A DNA stretch of 64,000 nt from IMG/VR virus record IMGVR_UViG_3300023174_000071, positions 1 through 64,000 of that record, one strand, 5' to 3'. Positions 18,606 through 28,251 of the stretch are shown piece by piece. Source of the DNA: a virus. How positions within the stretch are numbered: position 1 is the first letter of the stretch; every line of letters begins with the position of its first letter. Under the pieces are notes generated by a model. It was not told the origin of the DNA, did no database searches, and worked only from the letters and a program-made list of their open reading frames with translations. The position numbers were made by a program, and so were the translations under genes.

Positions 18606-18933
18606 TAGGCTCAAACATTCCAAGGTTATTGTAACAATAACATTTGGTCTGACCTAGAACTTCAATGCGCCTTGAAACATATGGAAGACAACTAATTGCA
18701 CAAGATTGATCCTCTTGAAGCGCCCTCTCATATGCTTGCTGTTTCATATTTCCCGCAATAAACATTTTAGCAGCCATCAAAACGGCAAGCGCAACGCACA
18801 ACCATTCAATATGGTCCCAAACAAATGCGCCAAACTTACCCGGAAAGGCACCAACAAACTTTGCGACAAGAACCACGAAAGACCAAATTTTCGAAAGGGT
18901 CGTCATATGAACATCTCCTATTTTATGAATCAA
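18598..18933 (-). CDS. membrane protein with Cys-rich C-terminus
   Basis: Hydrophobic segments, then CAISCLP...KCYC. Confidence 0.6.
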   Translation of the reverse strand: MIHKIGDVHMTTLSKIWSFVVLVAKFVGAFPGKFGAFVWDHIEWLCVALAVLMAAKMFIAGNMKQQAYERALQEDQSCAISCLPYVSRRIEVLGQTKCYCYNNLGMFEPNE

Positions 18934-20315
18934 ACAGAAAGGTTGTTATTAAAGCTGGGCAATGTCTTATACTTAATATAAATACTTTCTACAAAACTTG
19001 CAACCTGAGTTTCGGCTAAACCAATAAGTTCAGAACCTTCCGAATTCAAAATAGATTGCCAAGCAGAATTTAAATCTACATCTTCGCTAATCAATTTAGA
19101 AAATAAATCTTCTCCGCCCGAAGAAACACTTTCTTTTGATGAAAAAGAAACTTGACGGATTTTCTCATGCGCTGTCTGACGATCCATTCCGCTATCAACC
19201 AACTTTAGAATCAATTTCTCGGTCAACAAATAAGGCAACTTTTCCAAGACATTCTTTTCAATGATCGCTTCATTCACAACAAGACCGGAAGATAGATTTA
19301 AAAGAATATTTAGAATACCATCCGCTGTCAAGAATGTTTCCGGAATATAAAGTCTCCGACCAGCAGAGTCATCTAGGCTTCGCTCCAGCCACTGATTCAT
19401 TGCCGTTTGCGCTGCTTCATTAGCCTGATTAACGAGGTGGCGAGAGAGAGAACATAAACGTTCGGCCCTCATTGGGTTGCGCTTATAGGGCATAGCAGAA
19501 GAGCCCACTTGACTCTTTTCAAAAGGTTCCTCTACTTCCCCCAAATGAGAAAGTAATCTTAAATCTGCCCCCATCTTTGCCGCAGAGATTCCAATTCCGG
19601 ATATAGTTGAAATGATCTCATAATCAATTTTACGAGAATAGGTTTGCCCGGAAATGATAAGGCAATCATCAAAATCAAAATCTGCAGCAAAGTTTGATTC
19701 CAATTTTTTAACATTTGAAATCAAAGACTGAAAGCTCGCTGAAGTTCCAACTGCGCCTTTCAATCCTCGCAAGGAAAGATTGTCGCAAATAGAGTAAAGA
19801 TTATTAAAATCTTTATCCAAATCTTGAAGCCAAAGACAAGAGCGCTTTCCTACTGTCGTTAATTGTGCAGATTGAAAATGAGTATAACCTAATGTTCTTT
19901 TAGCTTTCCACTTCAAAGCAAACTTGCAAAGATGATGATTTACCGCAATTAACTTTCTCAAAAGCAATTCTAAACCTTGCCTCATCAAAATTAAATCGGC
20001 ATTATCCATAATATCACAAGAAGTTGCACCAAGATGGATATAAGGTTTCGCTTCTGGCGCAACCTCTCCCCAAGCATGAATGTGGGCCAAAACTTCATGA
20101 CGAGTTACACCTTCCCAATAAGAAACCCTATCCCAACGAATATCTTTTAAAGATTGCTCGAGAGATAGGATTGCTTCATCTGGAATGTTAACGCCAAGAG
20201 CTTTTTCATTTTTAGCCAATGAAAGCCAAATTTTTCTCCAGGTTAAATATTTATTTTCATTAGAGAAAACGGCTTCCATTTCAGCGGAAGCATAACGAGA
20301 TAGGTGGCCCAACAA
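18930..20315 (-). CDS. purB: adenylosuccinate lyase
   Basis: SRYAS start, RHEV, IHLGATS, THFQSAQ, signature GSSAMPYKRNP, ERSLDDSA. Confidence 0.96.
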   Translation of the reverse strand: MLGHLSRYASAEMEAVFSNENKYLTWRKIWLSLAKNEKALGVNIPDEAILSLEQSLKDIRWDRVSYWEGVTRHEVLAHIHAWGEVAPEAKPYIHLGATSCDIMDNADLILMRQGLELLLRKLIAVNHHLCKFALKWKAKRTLGYTHFQSAQLTTVGKRSCLWLQDLDKDFNNLYSICDNLSLRGLKGAVGTSASFQSLISNVKKLESNFAADFDFDDCLIISGQTYSRKIDYEIISTISGIGISAAKMGADLRLLSHLGEVEEPFEKSQVGSSAMPYKRNPMRAERLCSLSRHLVNQANEAAQTAMNQWLERSLDDSAGRRLYIPETFLTADGILNILLNLSSGLVVNEAIIEKNVLEKLPYLLTEKLILKLVDSGMDRQTAHEKIRQVSFSSKESVSSGGEDLFSKLISEDVDLNSAWQSILNSEGSELIGLAETQVASFVESIYIKYKTLPSFNNNLSV

Positions 20316-20338
20316 ATACCTCCGCTAAAAACTAAAGA

Positions 20339-20782
20339 TTAATCTCTTGACTCGCGAGGACGATAACTTCTTTCCGACTTTCCAGAATTCTTTTCTTGCG
20401 GTGCATTCCACTCTGGGCGAGGACGAGGCTTGCTGTCAAGTTGAGAAGTTTCCGCAACAACTTCAGCCGCAACTTCTACGGCGGATTCAGTAACGGTTTG
20501 GGGATCAACTTCTTGGGAAGTTGACTTCGTTTCAACTACATCAACATCAACCGACTGAAACTTTGGAAAGATTTTAATTACTTCACTCGGATCAACCCAA
20601 GCCGAATAAGAACATCCGTTCTCTCGTAAGTCTGAGTTTTCTTTTGAGCCGTTATCTACCAAGGCTTCATTGTCTTCATGGTTAATCTTTCGAACAAAGC
20701 CCATCATCCACTCATGGCGAAGAGTGGCATAAAAATAAACCTCATCACCATAATTTAACTCATTCTTATTTCGATCAAGCAT
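20339..20782 (-). CDS. hypothetical protein (SH3-like domain + disordered tail)
   Basis: GGAGA RBS before MLDRNKNELNYGDEV. Confidence 0.65.
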   Translation of the reverse strand: MLDRNKNELNYGDEVYFYATLRHEWMMGFVRKINHEDNEALVDNGSKENSDLRENGCSYSAWVDPSEVIKIFPKFQSVDVDVVETKSTSQEVDPQTVTESAVEVAAEVVAETSQLDSKPRPRPEWNAPQEKNSGKSERSYRPRESRD

Positions 20783-20873
20783 ATTTGGTCTCCTTTTCAG
20801 CAACCAACTTAATATCCATTCAGAAATTGTCAATAGATGTTGCTTAGAATATTTTACTGTCATCAAAACGAAA

Positions 20874-20909
20874 GGTGGCCGGAAAAACTGTTAGGAAATT
20901 CCGACCACC
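20874..20909. terminator. hairpin, putative terminator
   Basis: GGTGGCCGGAA...TTCCGACCACC inverted repeat downstream of the tRNA/endonuclease unit. Confidence 0.5.
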
Positions 20910-20917
20910 ATAAAGTT

Positions 20918-21586
20918 TTAAATTTTGCCGGCTGCTTTTTTAGCCCAATAACCACGAGGAGGTTTGTTTATGCCATAAAACTTAGACCACTTCTCAATCG
21001 CCTTATCTGATACTCCATAATCTTCAGCGATCTTTTGAGTAGGCTTTTCCCATAGAAGTTTATGCAATTCTTCTTTTGATGGACGTTCTACTTTTCTTGT
21101 TTTGAATCGTGATTCAATCCGCTTTTCAGTTTCTGCTTTTGTAAGTTCTAAGTTAAAATCTCGATATGTTCTTTTTGAAGCAACATCAGTAAGCTCCAAG
21201 AAATCCTCCCACCAATAAAATGGTGTAGCCGAATTTCCAACTTCCGTTGAAATTTTTGCTCCTCTAAATTTTATAGAGGGATAAAGAACTTTATCTATAT
21301 CAGGATAATAGATTCCAAAATATTCAAAATCATTATCAGAATATTTTTTCTTATGGTTTCCATTTTTATCCGACCAGCTAGTGCCAGTGGAAACTGTATG
21401 ACAAGAGGAGTATTTACATTGAATTCTTAAAAATTTTCCATCTTTATATGCAATAAGATCAAATGGTAAAGATTCACAAACAACCGGCGTGAAGATAACG
21501 AATCCTTTTTTAGAAAGGTCTGCTATAACTTGCGTTGCGCCGATATCTCCTTTTAACTTTTTATCTGTTAACAAGTTCGACTCCAC
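20918..21586 (-). CDS. PD-(D/E)XK endonuclease (group I intron-associated type) with C-terminal HTH
   Basis: KGDIG...LPFDLIA...IQCK nuclease motif; RPSKEEL...IAEDYGVSDKAIEKW HTH; downstream of the tRNA cluster. Confidence 0.8.
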   Translation of the reverse strand: MESNLLTDKKLKGDIGATQVIADLSKKGFVIFTPVVCESLPFDLIAYKDGKFLRIQCKYSSCHTVSTGTSWSDKNGNHKKKYSDNDFEYFGIYYPDIDKVLYPSIKFRGAKISTEVGNSATPFYWWEDFLELTDVASKRTYRDFNLELTKAETEKRIESRFKTRKVERPSKEELHKLLWEKPTQKIAEDYGVSDKAIEKWSKFYGINKPPRGYWAKKAAGKI

Positions 21587-21693
21587 CTTTTTTATCGGTA
21601 AAGTGATTATACTGTTTTTATAAGGTTTGCGAGTAAAGCTTTATTATTTTTAACAATAAACCCAGCAACCTTAATAGATTCGAACATTTAAAG

Positions 21694-21765
21694 TGCGTCC
21701 ATCTGGATTCGAACCAGAAATAAGAATTTAGAAGACTCTTGTGATATCCCTTTCACCATGGACGC
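21694..21765 (-). tRNA. tRNA-Arg(UCU)
   Basis: Acceptor GCGTCCA/TGGACGC, D-arm GTGA..TCAC, anticodon loop CTTCTAA, T-loop TTCGAAT; CCA not encoded. Confidence 0.93.
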
Positions 21766-21913
21766 ATAAGTATTTTAAAGGTTAAAGCTTATTTTTAAGA
21801 CTTCGCACTTCGCCAAAATAAATATTAAAATAAGAAGTTGCAAATGATAAGTTAGTTAAAATTACTAGTTCGAATCGAGTTCGGTGTTCTAGAAATTTTT
21901 ATTTAGAATAAAG

Positions 21914-21987
21914 TGGTGCCGCGGGGCAGAATCGAACTGCCGTTTCTTGGTTACAAATCAAGGGTTTTGCCATTAAACTAACGCGGC
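21914..21987 (-). tRNA. tRNA-Thr(UGU)
   Basis: GCCGCG acceptor, anticodon loop TTTGTAA, GGCAG-TTCGATT-CTGCC T-arm, encoded CCA; mismatches at 7:66 and 31:39. Confidence 0.9.
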
Positions 21988-22007
21988 CCAAAAAATAATA
22001 TCGAAAG

Positions 22008-22085
22008 CGCGGGAGGTGAGGATCGAACTCACTTAAATGACGCAGATTAACAGTCTGCCGCTAAAACCAGATCAGCTACACCCGC
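22008..22085 (-). tRNA. tRNA-Asn(GUU)
   Basis: Anticodon arm GCAGA-CTGTTAA-TCTGC, T-arm GTGAG-TTCGATC-CTCAC, discriminator G; 9 nt variable region; CCA not encoded. Confidence 0.88.
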
Positions 22086-22104
22086 ATTCACTCTTCCCAC
22101 TCTC

Positions 22105-22133
22105 TATTTAACCGCTTACTCATCATCCGTCAA
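22105..22133 (-). promoter_or_regulatory. sigma70-like promoter of the tRNA cluster
   Basis: TTGACG - 17 bp - TAAATA on the minus strand, ~20 nt before tRNA-Asn. Confidence 0.6.
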
Positions 22134-22143
22134 CAACTTTTTT

Positions 22144-22875
22144 TCAAATTTCGACAATCAGGTCATTGCGGTAAAGTTTTTTGCTTTCCGATGGATAAGC
22201 ATAAGGGTTACAGATAAACCGAGTGTTATAAATGATTTCATCGGTCGGAGTATGAGTATGTCCATAACACCAAACCTTCAGCGAGGTAAGGTTACGAACA
22301 AATTCTTCTGTGGCTCCAACGAAGAAGCGATTAAGCGGAGAGCCTGCATATTGCGGATGAATAACGCCATCAAAAGGAAGATGATGAGTTACAATAATCT
22401 GAGATTCTTCGCTTTCGAAGAATTCTCGGGCAAGTTTATTTTCATTATAAACTTCTGACTCAAGATTCTTTACATAATAAAAGTCACCCATGTTTCGTTT
22501 ATACAAAACATTTAGAGGGTCATCACCAAACCAAAGCGTTGCGCCCGAAACTTTTACTCCACAAATTTGGACCGAAGAGCGATCCAAATTAATAAGATTT
22601 GGAATTGAAGCGGCAAGTTCTTGACGCAGAGAACGCACTTGAGCAATAGAGCCATGATAGTGTTCATGGTTTCCGGCAACATAAAGAATAGGTGTCGGAG
22701 CAAAATGTTCGCAAAGCAACTTTAAGTAAGTTGGAAAAGTTTTAAAATCTCCAATGTCCCCAGCGATAATTACACCGTCAACATCTAGTTTGGGAAGATT
22801 TTTAATATAGGCTTTTCCTTCTTTCTCGCCAAGGAATTCAAAATGGATATCGCTATAAAGTTGAAACTTTGCCAA
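22144..22875 (-). CDS. calcineurin-like metallophosphoesterase
   Basis: SDIH, AGDI, AGNHE, THH, GHTH motifs. Confidence 0.93.
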   Translation of the reverse strand: MAKFQLYSDIHFEFLGEKEGKAYIKNLPKLDVDGVIIAGDIGDFKTFPTYLKLLCEHFAPTPILYVAGNHEHYHGSIAQVRSLRQELAASIPNLINLDRSSVQICGVKVSGATLWFGDDPLNVLYKRNMGDFYYVKNLESEVYNENKLAREFFESEESQIIVTHHLPFDGVIHPQYAGSPLNRFFVGATEEFVRNLTSLKVWCYGHTHTPTDEIIYNTRFICNPYAYPSESKKLYRNDLIVEI

Positions 22876-23045
22876 AATTTACCTCAGCGTTTACCACTCT
22901 TCGTCAGATAAGAGAGTGTTTTTCCATTCAAAATATTCTTTAGGATCCATTCCACCGAGAGGCTTCTTTAGAATATCTTCCAAATTTTCTTCTTGGTGCT
23001 TCATTTCTTCCTGCCAATCTTCTTCATCGGAATATTCGTCTTTCA

Positions 23046-24056
23046 TTATTCGCCGCCCTTCAAAAGAAATCGGTTGCTGATTGCCTTGAAACTTTGATTT
23101 GTTTCGCAGCTTTTAAACACGAGACCTTCTCGTTCTGTTCGGTTATTTAACACAGAAGAGCCTTCGGCGTCAAGCAGAACAGATGAAATCGTATAGTCGG
23201 AGGAAAACTTTGTTTGCATAGAAATAACGGGAACATGATTGATTTCTAATTGTTTGCAAATCTCTCGTCGCTCATCGGGAAGAAGATAAGAGTGGGAATC
23301 AATATCCCAAATATCATAAAGAAAAAAATCTTGACCAGTTAAACCGTATGGGTTCTTTTGGATACCGGCGCCGATCAACTCTCCTTGAAGGGCGAGATTT
23401 CTTCCTGTGCTGATAATTTTTTGGATTAGATTTTCTCTAATTGCAACCGCCCAAAAAGAATTTGCTTCATCCTTTTTCAGATCAAGGTTTCGGCTGCAAA
23501 CCCCGGAGTTGTCATCATAATGGTAAACCGTCATTGAACTTCCATCCAACTTTTCGGTAACCTCCCAAGAGAGGTTGGCGTCTTTCCAAATGTTAAATTG
23601 TTTTGGAAGATTTTGAATTCGTTCTTGATCTGTTTTATGAATAAAGCTTGGGAAAAGACCTCGGACTATTCCGGAGAGTTGTGCGGGGATTTCCGCTTCC
23701 CATTTAACAATCCCAAGACGTTCGGAAACATCCTCTCCTTCTTCTGCGGAATGATCTCCAAGAATAGAAAGAGGGAGAAGTAAACCTTGAGACAATTCGC
23801 CACGAAGCTTTATCGTCCGCAGCTTTTCCCCTTGAATTCCTTTATATTCTCTTGGTTCCCTTCCTTTAGATAAGAAGGGGGCAAGATGAGTAGGAATCCA
23901 ACTGTCAATCTCGCTCATTACAGCGAGGTCTCCAGCTTTAAACTCTCCCTTTTTGATAACAACCTGCCAGCCGCCGACAATTGCTTTTTCAATAGCGTCA
24001 GCATTTTGAATTGGAAGAATATTATCAATCTTTTTAATTGAAGCAAGCTGCCGCAT
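23046..24056 (-). CDS. RNA ligase, DRB0094 family
   Basis: MRQLASI..IQNADAIE OB-like N-domain, KTDQERIQN, motif I TEKLDGSS, QGELIG, REGLVFK, FKAISN. Confidence 0.93.
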   Translation of the reverse strand: MRQLASIKKIDNILPIQNADAIEKAIVGGWQVVIKKGEFKAGDLAVMSEIDSWIPTHLAPFLSKGREPREYKGIQGEKLRTIKLRGELSQGLLLPLSILGDHSAEEGEDVSERLGIVKWEAEIPAQLSGIVRGLFPSFIHKTDQERIQNLPKQFNIWKDANLSWEVTEKLDGSSMTVYHYDDNSGVCSRNLDLKKDEANSFWAVAIRENLIQKIISTGRNLALQGELIGAGIQKNPYGLTGQDFFLYDIWDIDSHSYLLPDERREICKQLEINHVPVISMQTKFSSDYTISSVLLDAEGSSVLNNRTEREGLVFKSCETNQSFKAISNRFLLKGGE

Positions 24057-24058
24057 GA

Positions 24059-24631
24059 TTAACCTTTGTTTGTAAGAGGATGGCATTTCCAGCAGACAGG
24101 TTCATAACTATCTGCGCCGCCAACAGAGATTTCTTCTTCTGCTTCAGTTTTTCTTAGAGTAACCTGAGCATCATCTCCGCAATTCGTACAGACGGCGGAG
24201 CATTTTTCAATCTTTGTTGCATAAGGCATCATCTTGGAAACTTCTAGAAACGGCTTTAGATTTGAAGAAAGTTCAATCGAAGAAACATAAACGGTAATTC
24301 CGGATTGGAATAGCTGAATGAGAGCGTCGGAGCAGCCTTCAATCATAAAGGCTTCATCTACGGCTACAACTTCTGGTTTTAATTCTTCTGCGATTTGAAG
24401 AATCTGATCGCCGCTTGAAACGGCGAGGGCTTGAAGCGAACCGCCGGAATGGGTTACAATGGAAGTATTTGAGTATCGACCATCAATCGTGGGTTTGAAG
24501 CAAATAACTTTTGAACCACGAATCTGATGCCTTTCGACGGCAGCTAAAAGCCTAGAAGACTTTGAGGAAAACATTGCCCCGACAAATAGAACAAATTCCC
24601 AAATTTTATTTTTCGATTGTTTGACTTTCAT
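24059..24631 (-). CDS. tdk: thymidine kinase
   Basis: GAMFSSKS, FKPTIDGRY, AVDEAF, C-terminal zinc site AVCTNC...VGGADSYEPVCWKC. Confidence 0.93.
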   Translation of the reverse strand: MKVKQSKNKIWEFVLFVGAMFSSKSSRLLAAVERHQIRGSKVICFKPTIDGRYSNTSIVTHSGGSLQALAVSSGDQILQIAEELKPEVVAVDEAFMIEGCSDALIQLFQSGITVYVSSIELSSNLKPFLEVSKMMPYATKIEKCSAVCTNCGDDAQVTLRKTEAEEEISVGGADSYEPVCWKCHPLTNKG

Positions 24632-24676
24632 TTTAACCGCTCCGCATATAAAGTTTAAGTCTCGGAGCGGTTGCTG

Positions 24677-25024
24677 TCAAGTCATTCTGATCTTTTTTTT
24701 GGACTCTTCGTACAGCTTTCCAACTTCTTCTGCTGATGGTCTATCTCTTTGTTCCATTCTCTCTTCAGATAAACCTAAGTCTTTAAAGCCTAAATCTTTA
24801 AATATAGATTCTATCTCTTCATCAGAAATATCTTCATTTAATTCTTCTTCTGAAAATTCATCGGGATCAAAACCCATAGCCAACATTTCTTCTTTTGAAT
24901 ATCTCGGTACCGACAATATGGTTTCCGGAGACTCTTCGCTAAGAATGTTTAGCACGGACTTTTCATCTTTATTTGTTGCCGCCTTAAATAAAGATTTGAT
25001 TTTTGAATATCTTTGTTTTGACAT
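24677..25024 (-). CDS. acidic hypothetical protein with N-terminal KxA tag
   Basis: MSKQRYSKIKSLFKAA then an E/D-rich body. Confidence 0.7.
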   Translation of the reverse strand: MSKQRYSKIKSLFKAATNKDEKSVLNILSEESPETILSVPRYSKEEMLAMGFDPDEFSEEELNEDISDEEIESIFKDLGFKDLGLSEERMEQRDRPSAEEVGKLYEESKKKIRMT

Positions 25025-25092
25025 ATTAGTTTCCCAAAAGCTGTTAAGCTATATGTGAAAACAAAAAATTTAGCACATGATCAAATGGAAAA

Positions 25093-25548
25093 TCACTTAT
25101 GCTTTTTCATTTGGCGATACATCCAAGGCGGCATGGGGCTTTCGGACTTCCACAATCCCAGATGCTTTTGCTTTGCGGAGGTCTCGGCTGCAACATATTT
25201 TTCATCATGAGAAAACTCTAAGTAAACCCAAGCTAAACCAACTTGAACCATTAGAAGATTAACTTCAACATCATTAACTTTTACCAAGCCAATAACTCGA
25301 CCATAGCGATCTCTGGATTCAAAATCGACCGAAACAACTTTGTCTAAAACCAAATCCGAAAGAGTTTGTTTTGCTTCTAAACCAAATTCCTGGGATTTTT
25401 CTGGGGCATCAATTTGAGCAAAGCGGATTCTGGTCGGCAAAGCATCGGCAACCAAAATATCAATAGTGTCTCCGTCCAGAACTTTGGTTACCTTGCCAGT
25501 GACCGTTGCGGCAAAAACCTGAGAAACAAAAAGAAGAAAGAAAATCAT
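25093..25548 (-). CDS. thermonuclease (SNase family), secreted
   Basis: Signal-like MIFFLLFVSQVFAA; VLDGDT, RFAQIDAPE, DRYGR, GLAW, GLW. Confidence 0.92.
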   Translation of the reverse strand: MIFFLLFVSQVFAATVTGKVTKVLDGDTIDILVADALPTRIRFAQIDAPEKSQEFGLEAKQTLSDLVLDKVVSVDFESRDRYGRVIGLVKVNDVEVNLLMVQVGLAWVYLEFSHDEKYVAAETSAKQKHLGLWKSESPMPPWMYRQMKKHK

Positions 25549-25763
25549 TTCGTCACAGGGATAAATAAGCCGGAGCTTGTTGGTAGCGTTTCGGTCTGAA
25601 GCCAAGCTTCATGAACTAAGGTTACATCAAGAGAATTTGGATTCTTTTTAGATTGAGAAATAATAAATTCTCGACCATTTGAAATCACACGAATAACTCC
25701 GGATGATCCTTCTCCGAGATAAATAGTTAAGCCGGTTTCTTTTTGTTCCATCTTATTCTCCAA
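25545..25763 (-). CDS. hypothetical protein
   Basis: 72 aa; ATGA-coupled to the SNase gene. Confidence 0.55.
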   Translation of the reverse strand: MENKMEQKETGLTIYLGEGSSGVIRVISNGREFIISQSKKNPNSLDVTLVHEAWLQTETLPTSSGLFIPVTK

Positions 25764-25817
25764 AATAATAAAGCCATCGTTGTTTCACGATGGCCGATTA
25801 AATCTCAAACTGTTTTC

Positions 25818-26165
25818 TTACTCAGCATGGAGATTAGGATCGGTTTCCCAACCCCATCGAGCAAAGATATTGCGAACGCCACCATGATTATCTTGCAGGT
25901 AGCCAAGCAGTCGTTCCGAAGAAGAACGAATAAAATCTTCTGATGTATCAAGAGGAGTTAGCGTCCGAAGAGAATCAATCTTATCATCATAAGAATAGGT
26001 CTTATCCCAAAGCGATACACGATATACGGGAGTATCGGAAGAATCTTCGGGATTATACTTTCCCTTCTTACCTTCGCCTGTCCATTCCCACTGTACCTTA
26101 AAATTCCCGTGACGATAAGTGAAAACCTTAGAAAGTTTCGAATCAAATTTTGATACGTTAGACAT
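25818..26165 (-). CDS. hypothetical protein
   Basis: 115 aa; WEWTGEG..G.YNPED..DTP motif. Confidence 0.65.
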   Translation of the reverse strand: MSNVSKFDSKLSKVFTYRHGNFKVQWEWTGEGKKGKYNPEDSSDTPVYRVSLWDKTYSYDDKIDSLRTLTPLDTSEDFIRSSSERLLGYLQDNHGGVRNIFARWGWETDPNLHAE

Positions 26166-26226
26166 TTTCTTCTCTCAAATAAGTTAACGATTCTAAGTTT
26201 ATTGAATGTGCTTCGGTTGTCTAGAA

Positions 26227-26448
26227 CTAAAAACCAATGCGTCGGGTAAGTGGCGCATCAGTACTCTCAACAAAATCATCCTTAACCTTTACGTCACCAT
26301 TTGGCAAGCGAACCTCCGAAAAATATTGCATCGGGTTCTCATAGGAGCGCTCAATCTTATTGTAAGCAGAATCCACCAAAGCAAAAATAGGATTGCGCTC
26401 CGGATCCAAATCCACTTCAACACAAAAAACAATAACCGACTTCGACAT
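26227..26448 (-). CDS. hypothetical protein
   Basis: 73 aa ending RRIGF; TTGACA promoter upstream. Confidence 0.6.
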   Translation of the reverse strand: MSKSVIVFCVEVDLDPERNPIFALVDSAYNKIERSYENPMQYFSEVRLPNGDVKVKDDFVESTDAPLTRRIGF

Positions 26449-26516
26449 AGTATTACCTTGATTTTTAAGTAAGCAAAAACAGTTTATTGAAAATGAGAAG
26501 CTATGTCAAGTTAAAT

Positions 26517-26954
26517 CTAAAGCTTTTTTAGATTTTTTGAAATAACCAATTGAGTTTCATTATTATTGATATTGCCAACGAGATATCTTACCGTTCCGCA
26601 TTCACCTTTTGATGAACTAATTACTTTATAAATAGTTTTCACATCAGATTTAATAAGAACAAGTTCGTCGGGCAAAAAGGTAGGATCGGAATCCTCTTCA
26701 GAAAGAAGATTTAGAGAATTCTTCATGGCGGAAAGTTCGGCGTTAATAACTGCCGCAGAATCCGCAATAGCCATAAGCGTCAAGGAAGATTCTTTTGCAA
26801 TCTTAACCTGCTGATCTTTTGATAGAATCAAAGATGAGAAAGAAGAATGGATCTTCGAAATGGCCGAAGCGAATTCGTTAACAAGCTTTGTTTGTTGATA
26901 TTCTTTTTCTTCAATTTGCTTAAGCAGGTTGGCTTTCAACTCATCGAGATTCAC
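26517..26954 (-). CDS. coiled-coil protein with C-terminal SH3-like domain
   Basis: Helical N-terminus, then FLPDELVLIK...YKVI...YLV. Confidence 0.65.
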   Translation of the reverse strand: MNLDELKANLLKQIEEKEYQQTKLVNEFASAISKIHSSFSSLILSKDQQVKIAKESSLTLMAIADSAAVINAELSAMKNSLNLLSEEDSDPTFLPDELVLIKSDVKTIYKVISSSKGECGTVRYLVGNINNNETQLVISKNLKKL

Positions 26955-27261
26955 GAATCCTCCAATTCAGAGCGAACGAACCCACAGCTTGCATATCTGG
27001 TCCGTTATATTTTTTAACCATACCGTTATGCCAAAAGATAAAACTTGGCATAGAGTATAGCGAAAGGTTCGATATTGCTGCCGGATTCTTTTCGAGATCG
27101 ATATAATAAACTTCCAGCCAAGGATTATCTTCTGCGATTCGTTCAAAGTCGGGTTTTGCTTTTAAACATGGCGCACAATGTTTAGAGCCCGCCATGATTA
27201 AAACATAACCTTCCGAAATCTCTTGCCAAAAATTTGAATCATTCAAATCTAGAATAGGCAA
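26941..27261 (-). CDS. thioredoxin-like protein
   Basis: HCAPCL CxxC, SMPSF cis-Pro motif, 106 aa. Confidence 0.85.
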   Translation of the reverse strand: MPILDLNDSNFWQEISEGYVLIMAGSKHCAPCLKAKPDFERIAEDNPWLEVYYIDLEKNPAAISNLSLYSMPSFIFWHNGMVKKYNGPDMQAVGSFALNWRIRESR

Positions 27262-27738
27262 CTAGCAACTCCTTTCGCTAAAGATGTTGATATTGAAAAC
27301 AAATAGATCTAAAACTTCTTTGGGTAGCGGAAAATTAAATGCGGCTTCAATTCCAGCTTTAGGGTCAATATATACTTGACATTCTGGACTGTCACCATTT
27401 AAGAACACAGAGTTTGTTACGATGTAAAACTCTTCGTCATCTTCAATAACCTTATCTGCCACGAAGTCGATAGATAACTCTTTCAATGGTGGAAGAAAGA
27501 TTTGACATTCTAAATGAAAATCAATCAGAGCCACATTTTCAAATTTCTGAAAAAAGAGTTCCAAATCCTTACTTGAGCCATCATTTATAAAATCCATAAT
27601 AATGGAATAATAATTCTTCTCTCCATACTCTGCGGGTGCAAACAATGTTTTTCTTGTTTTAAACTCAGAGGTTTCTTTGGATAGCGAAAATAGGGCGAAA
27701 ATAAATTCTGAAAACTCTTTGCCGGATAGCTTTGCCAT
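27262..27738 (-). CDS. member of the C-terminal NxxxF-motif paralogue family
   Basis: GGAGG RBS before MAKLSG; ends LPKEVLDLFVFNINIFSERSC. Confidence 0.65.
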   Translation of the reverse strand: MAKLSGKEFSEFIFALFSLSKETSEFKTRKTLFAPAEYGEKNYYSIIMDFINDGSSKDLELFFQKFENVALIDFHLECQIFLPPLKELSIDFVADKVIEDDEEFYIVTNSVFLNGDSPECQVYIDPKAGIEAAFNFPLPKEVLDLFVFNINIFSERSC

Positions 27739-28251
27739 AATCCCTCCGTATTTGCTATAACAAATCATATGGGCGACTTTATTGCTTTGGCGACTCTATG
27801 TATGGGTCAACATTCTAGATTTGTTATAACATTAACTATGCGCCATTTATTCGTCTGCGTTATTTGACGCAAAATAACCTTATTCAGATCATGAGGCAAC
27901 CAATTTGCCTCAAAAGGACAACTCCTCTCTAAAATGAAATTTGTGTGATTTTTTGTGTTCGTAAAAATTCAGCTGCAATCTTTTTTATAAAACTATTTTA
28001 AAAAAGTTTAAATTATTTTTCGCGTTTCTACTAATACGGTAGTGGAACATATGATATATGACCCAAGTAATAGACTAACAGGTTGTAGAAATCACTCAAC
28101 CACTACCCGCTCTGAAATAGAAATAGAATAAAGAGTTAAGAAATAATCTAGTAACTTAGAACATATAGATATATATCATATGTCATTTTTGGCGCTAGCG
28201 ACGATATAAAGCCGATTATTAACGGCTGCCGCTTCGAACTTCCGAAAGAAC

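Noticed and set aside
21665-21693. Extra T-loop-like GTTCGAAT next to tRNA-Arg (and near 21868)
   Set aside because: No acceptor or anticodon arms can be built around it
28038-28183. Retron msr/msd or DGR template repeat
   Set aside because: No reverse transcriptase in the window and no matching variable repeat seen
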